Below, piece after piece: positions 38,023 through 47,547 of a stretch of DNA of 60,729 bases. The number at the start of each line of letters is the position of its first letter. Position 1 is the first letter of the stretch. Below the pieces are notes generated by a model. It was not told where the DNA came from and made no database searches. It saw only the letters and a program-made list of their open reading frames with translations. The position numbers and the translations under genes were made by a program. This DNA is from Candidatus Acidiferrales bacterium (GTDB lineage: Bacteria; Acidobacteriota; Terriglobia; Acidiferrales; UBA7541): positions 1-60,729 of the forward strand of contig JBOGNC010000001.1 in the NCBI GenBank assembly GCA_050747045.1. The letters run 5' to 3'.

Positions 38023-38069
38023 GCCGGATCTCGAATGGGAAAAGGAGGGCCAAACATGTCCGCATTGCA

Positions 38070-38461
38070 GGGGGAAATCGCTGGCCATTGTCCAGACGCC
38101 GCATCGGTTCCGCACCAAGCGAATGCTTTGGAAGTACAGCGGGTTTGGAGTCGTAACCCAGACGAGTGCCGATCACCGGTATGTGAACGGGCAGCTCCAG
38201 CGATCGAAAAAGCCGGCGTTCGTACGTGGACTCGACCCCGCTCACAATCATCAACTCAAAGCTGTATTCAAGAGTGCAGCGATCCAAGCCTCCACGAGGA
38301 AGGGCCCATTCCAGGAGTTCTATCAAGCTCTCGTAGCGAAGGGGATGAGGCCGGACATGGCGCGTCTCACTCTGGCGCGGAAGATTGCCACGATCAGCTG
38401 GATGGTGTGGAAAAAAGGAGGTGCGTTCGACGCCAAATATCTGAAGTCACAAACAGCTTGA
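38070..38461 (+). pseudogene. IS110-family transposase, C-terminal remnant
   Basis: HRFRTKRMLWKYSGFGVVTQTS...NHQLKAVFKSAAIQAS...FQEFYQALVAKGMRPDMARLTLARKIATISWMVWKKGGAFD matches the conserved IS110/IS116/IS902 C-terminal domain. There is no N-terminal DEDD domain. Confidence 0.65.
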
Positions 38462-38988
38462 GTGTCTCTGATCCGCGTCCGTTCCGTCGCTGGGGTTCTT
38501 CCCCAGTGGTGCCGAACCGGTTCTGGGACACTTTGGGTTCGAGGTGAGTCTCAATTCGGATGGTAGGCCCAGATTCTGTGTGCCGCGTGCACCTTAGTCT
38601 CACTCTGCAACTCTAGGCCCCCTCGGATAACCCGACATAGCCATGGGCCACGCGTCCCAAATAGAACCATGAGTTGCCACTGAGCAACCACGTTCTGCTT
38701 GTGAGTTTCAGATCGGATTGGCTTCGTCGCGAAAGGCGATGAAAACCGCGGGCAAGAAAAACCGAAATCGTTGGAATCCCAGCATTCGTGCTGACGGCAC
38801 GGCCGGACAGAATACCCCCCAGTTTAATTACGTGGGGCTGGAAGCAAGAAAAACTCCAGCGCCTCCAGTGCTGAGGGGAATGTTTCTCTTGACTTTCCCG
38901 TCCATAGAACCATCCGAATTGGTTAGTCCTGCCTTTCAGCTTCGAACTGATTCGGCTCGCGGCGTAAACTCGATGCCGCCTTGAACCC

Positions 38989-39894
38989 TTATTCGAGCGC
39001 TCGCACATCTGGCAAGCGCCGCACTTCGGCGATGAAGTTCGCGAGCAAGGGGGACGCGTTGTCCCTTCTCCACGCGAGAGCCAATGTCAAAGGCATGTTC
39101 AAATCGACCACGGGTAAAATGACAACGGTTTCAGGGCACCGCCAGCGTGCGGTTCCAAGGACCCATGCGACGCCCAGGCCGGTCGATACGAGACTTAGAA
39201 TTGTTGCTTCGTTCAGTCCCTCCTGAACGATGCGGGGAGACTTCAAGCCGCCGCGATAACACTCGCGCATCAGGTGGTCGTAGAACGCCGGGCTGTCCCG
39301 CCTTGGAAACCAGACAAATGGAGCATCCGTCAGGTCCCGCAGACGGAGTCTCTTGCGCTTTGTGAGAGGGTGTTTTTTGGGCGCGGCCAGCTCGATGCGT
39401 GTTATGGCGACGGGAATCTGATCCAGTTCCGTGTCGGATTTTGCCATGAAATTGACGAACCCCGCATCCAGGCGGCCGGATCTTATAGCGTCTAGCTGTG
39501 CCACGCTCGCTGCCGGTTGAAGTTGCAGTTCGGCGTCGGGCTGCTGCTCCCGGAATCGCCGGAAGGAATCCGGAACAACGCCGCGCCAGGATGCATTCTC
39601 GGCGAACCCGACGCGCAGCGTGCCTGAATGACCGCGAGCCACGCGATCGGCGCGCGCAGTCGCTTCGCTGACCTCCTGAAGAAGCCGCCGCGCATCCTCC
39701 AGAAATACCTTGCCGGCTGTACTCAGTTTCACGCCGCGCGGCAGTCGTTCGAAAAGTTTGAAGCCAAGCTCCTTTTCCAAATCCTGAATCTGGCGGGAAA
39801 GCGCGGGCTGAGCCACGCGCAGCCTGCGCGCCGCGCGCCCGTAATGCTGCTCTTCGCCGACCGCGACGAAATATCTCAGATGCCTCAATTCCAT
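38989..39894 (-). CDS. LysR family transcriptional regulator
   Basis: MELRHLRYFVAVGEEQHYGRAARRLRVAQPALSRQIQDLEKELG is a canonical LysR HTH. The protein is 301 aa and divergent from the dehydrogenase operon. Confidence 0.9.
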   Translation of the reverse strand: MELRHLRYFVAVGEEQHYGRAARRLRVAQPALSRQIQDLEKELGFKLFERLPRGVKLSTAGKVFLEDARRLLQEVSEATARADRVARGHSGTLRVGFAENASWRGVVPDSFRRFREQQPDAELQLQPAASVAQLDAIRSGRLDAGFVNFMAKSDTELDQIPVAITRIELAAPKKHPLTKRKRLRLRDLTDAPFVWFPRRDSPAFYDHLMRECYRGGLKSPRIVQEGLNEATILSLVSTGLGVAWVLGTARWRCPETVVILPVVDLNMPLTLALAWRRDNASPLLANFIAEVRRLPDVRALE

Positions 39895-40119
39895 TCCGAT
39901 ACTTTATCGCGATTGGTCCGATAGTAAAGATGTGTTGGACGTATTAAATACTCTCTGTCAAATCAGGTTCACGACAATGAAAGGCGGAAAGAAGAAACCA
40001 AAGGCCAAACCGATTCGGGAAAAGCGGCCAACTTTGAAGCCGGCAAAGAACGGGCCCAGGGTTCCTCTTCCGACCGCTTTGGAACGGTAGGCCGGTGCAA
40101 AGGCAACTAGGGGGCACAG

Positions 40120-41205
40120 GTGAAAGCACTTGTAGTTAATGCAATCGGTCGAGGGTTCGATTTCGAGGATGTGGACATTGCCTTACCGATGGGACGCGAG
40201 GTTCTCGTCGACGTGCAGGCGTCCGGGCTATGCCACACCGACTTGCTGTTCGCTACTCACGATATCGCTCCTTTTCCGTGCGTGCTAGGTCATGAGGTCG
40301 CGGGTATCGCCGCCGCCATCGGGCCGGACGTCGGCCAGATCCATATTGGAGATCACGTCGTAGGCGCTCTGACACAGTCGTGCGGGGCGTGCGCGCGATG
40401 CCTGTCCGGGCGGCCCTTCCAGTGCCAACATCCAGAGTTGACAATACGCCCACCAACAGCTGCCCCACGCCTGAGCCGAAATGGGACTGGTCTATTCCAG
40501 GGCTTCGGACTCGGTGGCTTTGCCCAGCAGGCGCTCATCCATGAAAACCAGCTTGCCGTCGTACCCACAGACATTCCGTTCGCTCAGGCCGCTCTACTCG
40601 GCTGCGGCGTTGTAACGGGCGCCGGCTCCGTCTTGAACACAGCCAGCCTTCGCGCCGGCGACACGGTTGTGATCTTCGGCGCTGGAGGGGTTGGGCTGAA
40701 CGCTATCACCGGGGCACTCATTGCCGGAGCGTCAAGGATCGTTGTCATCGACATCCAGGAGAAGCGACTCGAAGAGGCCCGCCGATTCGGCGCGACCGAT
40801 GTCATCGATTCCACCAAGACGAAACCCGTCGAGGTTATACGCGATCTTCTGCCGGAAGGAGCGGACCACGTCTTCGACTTCGTAGGACTGAAAACCGTGG
40901 CCGAGCAGGGGCTCGCCATGCTTGGAGTCGGCGGCGGACTCTACCTGGTCGGGGTGTCCAAACCCGAAGTTGACATCAGCTTGAACATCTTTGACGCGAT
41001 CGGCGGCCAGAAGCGTGTCCAGGCTGTGAACTACGGCTCGACGAACGCCAAGCGGGACATTCCTATGTACTCGCGGCTGTACCTGCAAGGCCGGGTGAAT
41101 CTGGACGACCTCGTTTCGAAAAGGATTGCGTTACGTGATGTCAATGACGGTTACGCAGCGCTGAAAGATGGCTCGCTCAACCGTGTCGTCGTCACCTCGT
41201 TTTGA
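40120..41205 (+). CDS. zinc-dependent alcohol dehydrogenase (MDR family)
   Basis: GLCHTDL and GHEVAGI zinc ligand motifs, a structural zinc Cys cluster (CGACARCLSGRPFQC) and Rossmann VIFGAGGVG. GTG start. Confidence 0.9.
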   Translation: MKALVVNAIGRGFDFEDVDIALPMGREVLVDVQASGLCHTDLLFATHDIAPFPCVLGHEVAGIAAAIGPDVGQIHIGDHVVGALTQSCGACARCLSGRPFQCQHPELTIRPPTAAPRLSRNGTGLFQGFGLGGFAQQALIHENQLAVVPTDIPFAQAALLGCGVVTGAGSVLNTASLRAGDTVVIFGAGGVGLNAITGALIAGASRIVVIDIQEKRLEEARRFGATDVIDSTKTKPVEVIRDLLPEGADHVFDFVGLKTVAEQGLAMLGVGGGLYLVGVSKPEVDISLNIFDAIGGQKRVQAVNYGSTNAKRDIPMYSRLYLQGRVNLDDLVSKRIALRDVNDGYAALKDGSLNRVVVTSF

Positions 41206-41234
41206 TCGCCAAACTTTCAATAAGGAGAGCAACC

Positions 41235-42680
41235 ATGGAAACTGCGGCCAAGAAAGAAGCCCTGAAAACACTCACGACCCACTACATCGATGGCGCCTTC
41301 GTCGAATCCCATGGCAAGCAAGTCATGGATATCATCAAGCCGACCAACGGCCAGCTGATCGGCCGCGTGACGCTGGGCGACGAGGAGGATACGCGGCGCG
41401 CCATCGCTGCGGCCAGACGCGCATTCGCGACGTACGGCCGATCGACGAAGGAAGAGCGCTCAAAGATCCTGAGGCGTCTGCATGAGGCGGCCTCGGCGCG
41501 CATCGTCGATTTGACGGCGGCGATGGTTGAAGAATACGGAGGCGTCGTCCAGTTCGCCAGGCCCATCGTCGAATCGGGTGTCGACGCATTCCTGGCGACG
41601 GAGAAAGCACTCCAAGAGATCGAGCTAACCCGGAGTTGGGGCAAGACTACAGTCACCTTGGAGCCCGTCGGCGTAGCCGGTTTGATTACCGCATGGAACG
41701 CGAACGCTTTGTTCATTTGCCTAAAGCTTGCCTCGGCCGTCGCCGCCGGCTGTACTGTCGTCCTAAAGCCCAGTGAGATGAGCTCGCTCCAGACACGCGT
41801 GATGGTAGAGGCTCTGCACGAGGCCGATCTGCCGAAGGGTCTCTTGAATGTTGTCACCGGGCTTGGCAATGTTGTCGGTGCCGAGCTGACGCGTAATCCC
41901 GATGTCGACAAGATCTCCTTCACGGGCTCGGTGGGCGTGGGCCAAGGGATCATGCGTGATGGCGCCGCGACCATGAAGCGCGTCACGCTGGAACTCGGCG
42001 GAAAATCGCCTACTATCCTGCTCGATGACGCCGTTCTCGACAAGGCGATCCCTGCAGCTCTCGTCTTGACCTTTATGAACAGTGGGCAAGCCTGTGCAGC
42101 CGGGACGCGCCTCCTCGTGCCCAGGAGCAAGTTAGATGCGGTAAAGCGGAGCTTACGCGACGCGATGCGCGTCTTCTCCGTCGGCGATCCGGCTGATCCC
42201 AAGACGACGATTGGACCGATGGTGTCGCAAAAACAATACGAACGCGTGCAGTCTTACATTCACAAGGGCATCGAAGAAGGCGCGGAAGTTCTCGTTGGCG
42301 GTGAAGGGCGTCCCGAAGGTTTCGAAGCAGGTTACTTCGTTAAGCCCACGGTGTTCGTCAACGTGAAGAACAGCATGACTATTGCCCAGGAGGAGATTTT
42401 CGGCCCCGTGCTGTGTGTCATCGCCTACGATAATGAGGAAGACGCGATCCGGATCGCGAACGACTCTAAATACGGTCTCCACGCCGCCGTCCTCGGTACG
42501 GATCTTCAGCGTGCACGTCTCGTGGCCTCACAAATACGCGCCGGGCGCGTCGTGATCAACGGCATGACGGATGATCCGCAGGCACCGTGGGGAGGATTCA
42601 AATACTCGGGCGTCGGCCGTGAATATGCCCGCTACGGGGCCGAGGCGTTTCTCGAAACCCGGGCCATACTTGAGTCCTAG
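41235..42680 (+). CDS. NAD(P)-dependent aldehyde dehydrogenase
   Basis: FTGSVGVG, ELGGKSP and MNSGQACAAGTR (catalytic Cys), plus EEIFGPV. The ATG at 41235 is preceded by AAGGAGAG. Confidence 0.9.
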   Translation: METAAKKEALKTLTTHYIDGAFVESHGKQVMDIIKPTNGQLIGRVTLGDEEDTRRAIAAARRAFATYGRSTKEERSKILRRLHEAASARIVDLTAAMVEEYGGVVQFARPIVESGVDAFLATEKALQEIELTRSWGKTTVTLEPVGVAGLITAWNANALFICLKLASAVAAGCTVVLKPSEMSSLQTRVMVEALHEADLPKGLLNVVTGLGNVVGAELTRNPDVDKISFTGSVGVGQGIMRDGAATMKRVTLELGGKSPTILLDDAVLDKAIPAALVLTFMNSGQACAAGTRLLVPRSKLDAVKRSLRDAMRVFSVGDPADPKTTIGPMVSQKQYERVQSYIHKGIEEGAEVLVGGEGRPEGFEAGYFVKPTVFVNVKNSMTIAQEEIFGPVLCVIAYDNEEDAIRIANDSKYGLHAAVLGTDLQRARLVASQIRAGRVVINGMTDDPQAPWGGFKYSGVGREYARYGAEAFLETRAILES

Positions 42681-42691
42681 GGAGACCTTTC

Positions 42692-43156
42692 ATGAGCCAA
42701 CACTTGACGATCTCTCCCGCCGAAGCCGCGGATCGTCTCGCGATCCGGGAGCTTATCGAGGCCTACGCGCATTGCGCCGATCGTCGCGATGCCAAAGGCC
42801 AGATGGCGCTCTTCACCGCGGGCACCCATTTCGTGGTGTACATGGATGCCAAGGACCCGAAGCCTTCACAGGAACCGCACTCCCGCGAGGCGCTCGCTCC
42901 CGTCTTCGCGGACTTGAACCAGTATGCCGCGACCATGCACTTCGTTGGACAAAACACCATCTTAACGTTGACGGGCGACCGAGCTACGGGGGAGACATAT
43001 TGCATGCCCCATCACCTTACCATCGATGGTGGCAAACGACGGCTGATGATCGCCGCGCTACGCTACTACGACACGTTCGTTAAAACTGACGGCTCGTGGC
43101 TGTTTGCCGAGCGCAAGCTCTATGTCGACTGGCTGGAGGAGCGCGCGCTGTCATGA
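42692..43156 (+). CDS. SnoaL-like / NTF2-fold protein
   Basis: 154 aa with AADRLAIRELIEAYAHCADRRD...YYDTFVKTDGSWLFAERKLYVDW, a typical SnoaL_4-like pattern. Confidence 0.65.
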   Translation: MSQHLTISPAEAADRLAIRELIEAYAHCADRRDAKGQMALFTAGTHFVVYMDAKDPKPSQEPHSREALAPVFADLNQYAATMHFVGQNTILTLTGDRATGETYCMPHHLTIDGGKRRLMIAALRYYDTFVKTDGSWLFAERKLYVDWLEERALS

Positions 43157-43857
43157 ATGTTGCGGCGGCGAGCCAGAAACGTCTTGTAATCGTGGGCGCC
43201 AGCGGAATGGTCGGCGGCTATGCCCTCCGTTATGCGCTAGACGATCCCGCCGTCGGAAGTGTGACCTCTATCGGGCGCAAGAAGCTCGGTATCTCGCACT
43301 CCAAGCTCAAAGAGGTTTTGCATCAAGACTTCGCGGACTGCTCGCCGCTCGCCGATGTGCTGTCGGCTCAGGACGGCGCAGTCTTTTGCCTGGGCGTGTA
43401 CACCGGCGCGGTGTCAGACGCGGAACTCCGCACGATTACCGTGGACTGCACGCGCGAGTTCGCGCGCGTTCTCCGGGGCAGCAGCCCCGAGGCGGCCTTT
43501 TCGTTTTTGAGCGGGAATGGCGCGGACCCGACGGGGCGAAGTCGGATGGCTTTCGCACGCTACAAAGGCGAGGCCGAGAAGGCGCTACTCGCGGCCGGCT
43601 TCCCTCACGTCTACATCTTCCGGCCCGCGTACATCTATCCTGTGGAGCCAAGGAGGGAGCCGAATTTCAACTACCGCCTGCTACGCGTGATTTACCCCGC
43701 TTTTCGGTTGCTGTTCCCCAATCAGGTGATTCGGTCCGACGACTTGGCCCGGGCCATGGTAGATGTCGCAATGCAGCGAACAGGAGAACAACGAAGCCTA
43801 GTTTTCGAGAACCGTGATATCCGAGCGATGATTGATTCGCGGCGACGTGGCGAATAA
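43153..43857 (+). CDS. NAD(P)H-binding (atypical SDR) protein
   Basis: The in-frame ATG at 43153 gives an ATGA overlap with the previous gene. The N-terminus is RLVIVGASGMVGGYALRYAL. Confidence 0.7.
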   Translation: MNVAAASQKRLVIVGASGMVGGYALRYALDDPAVGSVTSIGRKKLGISHSKLKEVLHQDFADCSPLADVLSAQDGAVFCLGVYTGAVSDAELRTITVDCTREFARVLRGSSPEAAFSFLSGNGADPTGRSRMAFARYKGEAEKALLAAGFPHVYIFRPAYIYPVEPRREPNFNYRLLRVIYPAFRLLFPNQVIRSDDLARAMVDVAMQRTGEQRSLVFENRDIRAMIDSRRRGE

Positions 43858-44047
43858 CGGCCCTTCGAAGTTAGCGTCCCTTCTGGATAGGTTCCCGTTT
43901 GTTCTACACTATTGCGACTCGAAAATTGTCAATTCGGATGACTACGACTTCCGGTAAGTCGCCTGAGCAATATTTTTGGTTGCGTAGGCCTGATTTGAAC
44001 CAACGCCGCCGCGGCCTAACCAAGTTCGTTGCATACCTTGTTTTAGG

Positions 44048-45838
44048 TTACGCCACTGTGGACACAGCGGCCTGATCGTGTTTCATGCTCCCACGGAGGC
44101 TAAGAAATGTCACACCTGCCGGCACGAGCGATGGCAGTGCTTCTTCACTTGTTGCAAGCACGATAGCTTGGTCGATATCGCTGTGCGACAGTAAAGCAGT
44201 AAGCAGCTTGCGCCTCTCCTTGTCCAATACATCGGCCCGATCAATAACGACGAATCGAATTCCTGTGGCCGTTGCCAGAGCCAGTTGGAATGCGATGCTG
44301 AATCTAAACCGCTCAGATTCCGAGACCTGCTTCAAAGAGAACCCAGAATGATCGTCCGGCGACGAGATGACGCGGATTTCGAATGGATCGAGCGTGAAAT
44401 TGCAGGCGTAACCGAAAGCCGCCAGGCGCATGTTCAAGCTCTCGGCGAATGATCCGATCCGATCGCTTGCTTGCGCCATCATGGCGCCATTCGGCCCGAA
44501 GAATTCAACGAACCTGTCCAGTAGGCCGATCCTTGCCTCTAAGCTCGACTTCTCTCTGGCTTGTGTCTCCCACTTCTCTTGTAGGGCTGGGACCTGCTGG
44601 GCTTTTTCCAGCACACGGTCCCCCTTGTTGATCCTTTCCACGAGGATGGTCATTCGGCTTTCGAGATCCGAAGCATCTGGTTTCTGTACTTCCTGAACCT
44701 TGGATTGTTCTTCTATCAGCTTTGCGCGCCGGGCGAGAGCTCTGCGGTGAGCGTCGAGACGGCACGTTGCCGCCTCTGGGTCGCCGTACTCGTTGAGCTC
44801 CTCCCGCGTTCCTTGAATCAGGCCCTCAAGGTCTGCGAGCCGCTCGCTCAGTGTCTCTATCTCTTTCGATTTCGCCGCTGGCGAGATCGGCTGCCCGCAC
44901 GTGAGGCACTTGTCCTTTAATCCCTGGGCGGCCGCTAGAGCCTTCTCAACGATCCTTTGTTCGGCGGTCAGGTCGGTCAACTCCTGTCGCAGTTTTTCTG
45001 CGTGGGCTCGCTGCGATTCCTGTTGAAGCAGCCCTTGCTCTTCGCTCGGGCTCAGGATATCGGCTGAAGCCTCCCCGATCTCCGCTTGCACTTGCTTTAA
45101 TCGGGCCTGTGCATTCTGCCAACAGGCATCTGTCTCCGCCTTCTGTGCGATGAGTCGCTCCTTCTGTTGCCGTAACTCTTCCAGCTTCTTTCGCACATCC
45201 GCTACACCCGGGAGATCCGGTGGAACTTCGGGCTTTTGCATTAGGCCAAGGGCCTTTAGTGCACGGTTGGCTTCTGTGCGCAAGTCGTAGAAGCGCTGAT
45301 GCGCAGCTTCGACATCAGCAACGCTTCCTAGTTTTGGCAGCTCCTCATTGATGGCGCGCAGCGCATCGCCGATTTCTTTCGGGATATCAATCCTTCCGGC
45401 CTCGACCAACTGGGCCAAGAACCTCTGCTGCTCCGCTTCCGGCATCTCGACGAAGCGGTCGGCGTTCAGTACTGCAGACAACACGTCGGCGGAACCAAAC
45501 TGCTTGGTTAGGAACGTCTCTGCGTTATCGACCGGCACTCGCTTTCCATTGATCTCAACGATCTGTGATCTTTGTGTACGCCGCCGGCAGATCATTTCCG
45601 CGCTCGCCAGTGTTGCTGAGACCTCAAGCTCTTTTTCGCCGGAGCGAATCAGGGACTCAGCTCCCCGGCCGGCGGCATCCGTCAGTTCGCATCGCCCGGT
45701 GAACAAGAATTCCAAGGCCATCTGGATAGAGCTTTTGCCGCAGCCGTTTGGCCCTCGTATGAAGTTGAATCGGTCTAGCTCCAGCACCGTTTCCTGGTGA
45801 GACCGAAAGTTCTTCAAGGTAAGCGTCTGAATTCTCAT
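44048..45838 (-). CDS. Rad50/SbcC/SMC-like ATPase with central CxxC zinc-hook-like motif
   Basis: 596 aa. It starts MRIQTLTLKNFRSH with Walker A GPNGCGKSS. A long heptad-rich central region has CLTC at residues 311-314 (about 44897-44908). The C-terminal signature-like VSESERFRF and Walker B FVVID are followed by R. Confidence 0.8.
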   Translation of the reverse strand: MRIQTLTLKNFRSHQETVLELDRFNFIRGPNGCGKSSIQMALEFLFTGRCELTDAAGRGAESLIRSGEKELEVSATLASAEMICRRRTQRSQIVEINGKRVPVDNAETFLTKQFGSADVLSAVLNADRFVEMPEAEQQRFLAQLVEAGRIDIPKEIGDALRAINEELPKLGSVADVEAAHQRFYDLRTEANRALKALGLMQKPEVPPDLPGVADVRKKLEELRQQKERLIAQKAETDACWQNAQARLKQVQAEIGEASADILSPSEEQGLLQQESQRAHAEKLRQELTDLTAEQRIVEKALAAAQGLKDKCLTCGQPISPAAKSKEIETLSERLADLEGLIQGTREELNEYGDPEAATCRLDAHRRALARRAKLIEEQSKVQEVQKPDASDLESRMTILVERINKGDRVLEKAQQVPALQEKWETQAREKSSLEARIGLLDRFVEFFGPNGAMMAQASDRIGSFAESLNMRLAAFGYACNFTLDPFEIRVISSPDDHSGFSLKQVSESERFRFSIAFQLALATATGIRFVVIDRADVLDKERRKLLTALLSHSDIDQAIVLATSEEALPSLVPAGVTFLSLRGSMKHDQAAVSTVA

Positions 45839-47013
45839 GATCTGTGCTCCTTTCTCCCGTTCGTCGCCCGCCCGATCCTGAGTTCGGTTTCAACATGCAA
45901 ATCCACCACCCCTGTCAACCTCTGAGCCAGCTCAGCACGTTTCTCTGCCTTGAGGGCGGAAGAGAGGCCCGAAATCGTTAACTTGTCTCGCAGCGCCCGC
46001 TCTTCGGGGCGTGCTTGGAACCATTCGTCAAGGATCGAAGCAGCATCGCGGAATGGATAGAATTCCTTCTCCACCGGGACGAAATCAGCCACGTACTCAC
46101 ACTGGTTCCCGTCGCGATAGCAAATCAGCCCGCGTTCCACCATGACGTCCTTGAGAACTTTCGTATTCTGCTTTTCGGCTTCTTGGAGCCAGAGGGCAAA
46201 GCGGAGCCTTTGTTCAGGAGTCAATTGCGAGTAGGGATTTGTCTGCGCCACTGGGCAGTCGTTCAGGAGAAGCGGGCACCAAGTGCAGTGCCTCCCCGGA
46301 GAAACCTTAAGATCGCCCTCCCCGCAGACGGCGAATTCATGAAGTTTTCTTTGACGGCATCGTTCTCTTTGCGCGAGGTCCTTGAGCCAGGGCAAGTCTT
46401 TCTGCGTGTACTCGACGCAACGCGAAGCCCCGTAGCGAACGAACTCCAAGACGAATTTCACGCGCTCCAATGACGGGTTGAGGCACATCAGCAAGAGGGG
46501 ATAGAACTTTGATTGGAACGTGTCCGCATCGATGATTTGGTAGTAGCTCTTCCAATCATCGATCTCGGCTTCCGTGAGCGAATGCAGCATGACGAGATCG
46601 AGGGTCCCCTCGTATTCGGGTGTTTGCCCATCATCCAAATCCGCGAGTGGTTGGAAGTCCTGATCGAGCGCAATATGGAGCTCGGTCGCGAGGATCCTCT
46701 CTGGGTCGAAGGCGTGGTTGTTGCGAAACTTTTCCAAAACTTCCTGTGCCGCGGTGCCAGCTCCCTTCGTCAGCGCGTCAAATGCTTCGAGGTCGGTTGA
46801 ACGCTTGGCCCTAACCAAGTGGTTGATGTAGCTCGCCAATATCTGATGAATTTCGATCCCTCGGGCCGCAGGCTCAGAGTCAGCGACCTTCGCGCGCTGA
46901 ACGTGCTTCCGAACGTATAGGGTTTCGCAGGCCATGTCGCCGTGTCTCGATTGGCTCAACGGCGGGATCTGGTTCGAATGTTCCGAACGCGGCGATTCCG
47001 CAAGTGTTTTCAT
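45835..47013 (-). CDS. Cas4/RecB-family PD-(D/E)XK nuclease with Fe-S cysteine set
   Basis: 392 aa with motifs GTLDLV, EIDDWKS (DxK) and QSKFY (QxxxY). There is one N-terminal Cys (MACETLY) plus C-terminal CTWCPLLLNDC. ATGA overlap with the downstream ATPase gene. Confidence 0.75.
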   Translation of the reverse strand: MKTLAESPRSEHSNQIPPLSQSRHGDMACETLYVRKHVQRAKVADSEPAARGIEIHQILASYINHLVRAKRSTDLEAFDALTKGAGTAAQEVLEKFRNNHAFDPERILATELHIALDQDFQPLADLDDGQTPEYEGTLDLVMLHSLTEAEIDDWKSYYQIIDADTFQSKFYPLLLMCLNPSLERVKFVLEFVRYGASRCVEYTQKDLPWLKDLAQRERCRQRKLHEFAVCGEGDLKVSPGRHCTWCPLLLNDCPVAQTNPYSQLTPEQRLRFALWLQEAEKQNTKVLKDVMVERGLICYRDGNQCEYVADFVPVEKEFYPFRDAASILDEWFQARPEERALRDKLTISGLSSALKAEKRAELAQRLTGVVDLHVETELRIGRATNGRKEHRS

Positions 47014-47106
47014 GGTGCACCTCAGCTAGGGTGGGAACAGAGGAAACTGCATTTCTCTGACCGGATTATTTAGAGAGTTGGGTTAGAGGAGCCGAAAGCA
47101 GGCAGG

Positions 47107-47547
47107 TCAGCGTAATTCAGCCATTGCCAGCGGAGAGACGACAGTCGCATTGAGGAGGTCTTGCGGGAAATCAGTTGGGTTCAAAGTTATGACGAGGTTC
47201 GCCTTTCCTTGCTCGGCACAGAGGCAGAACGGATCGTCCTTGGGGTCAGGTGAGATTTCCATCGAGGAGCGCACCTTGACCTCTTCGGACCGTTCTCGAA
47301 TTAGATTAACGACTTTTCCGATCAGGCTTGAGCGGACCCGAAGTCGCTTCAGGACTTCCTTGTATTCATCCAAGATGTCTTCGCTAATAAGCCAGACAAA
47401 GTGGTTCTTCTCCGCCCATCTGTGGAGTACGTCAGCGCTCGCATTTCGACCTGGAGCAAAAGGCTGCCGAAACCCCGAAATGCCGGCCACAAGCACGCTG
47501 GTGTCAATCACCACACGCGGCTTGCGGCTCTTAGCTTTCTGCGGCAA
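47107..47547 (-). CDS. PIN-domain toxin (TIGR00305-like)
   Basis: 146 aa with RVVIDTSVLVAG, SEDILDEYKEVL, DPKDDPFCLCAEQGKANLVITLN. Overlaps the upstream HTH gene by 17 bp. Confidence 0.8.
   Translation of the reverse strand: MPQKAKSRKPRVVIDTSVLVAGISGFRQPFAPGRNASADVLHRWAEKNHFVWLISEDILDEYKEVLKRLRVRSSLIGKVVNLIRERSEEVKVRSSMEISPDPKDDPFCLCAEQGKANLVITLNPTDFPQDLLNATVVSPLAMAELR

Noticed and set aside
41282-42202. 306-aa minus-strand ORF
   Set aside because: It is antisense to the aldehyde dehydrogenase, whose catalytic motifs are unambiguous.
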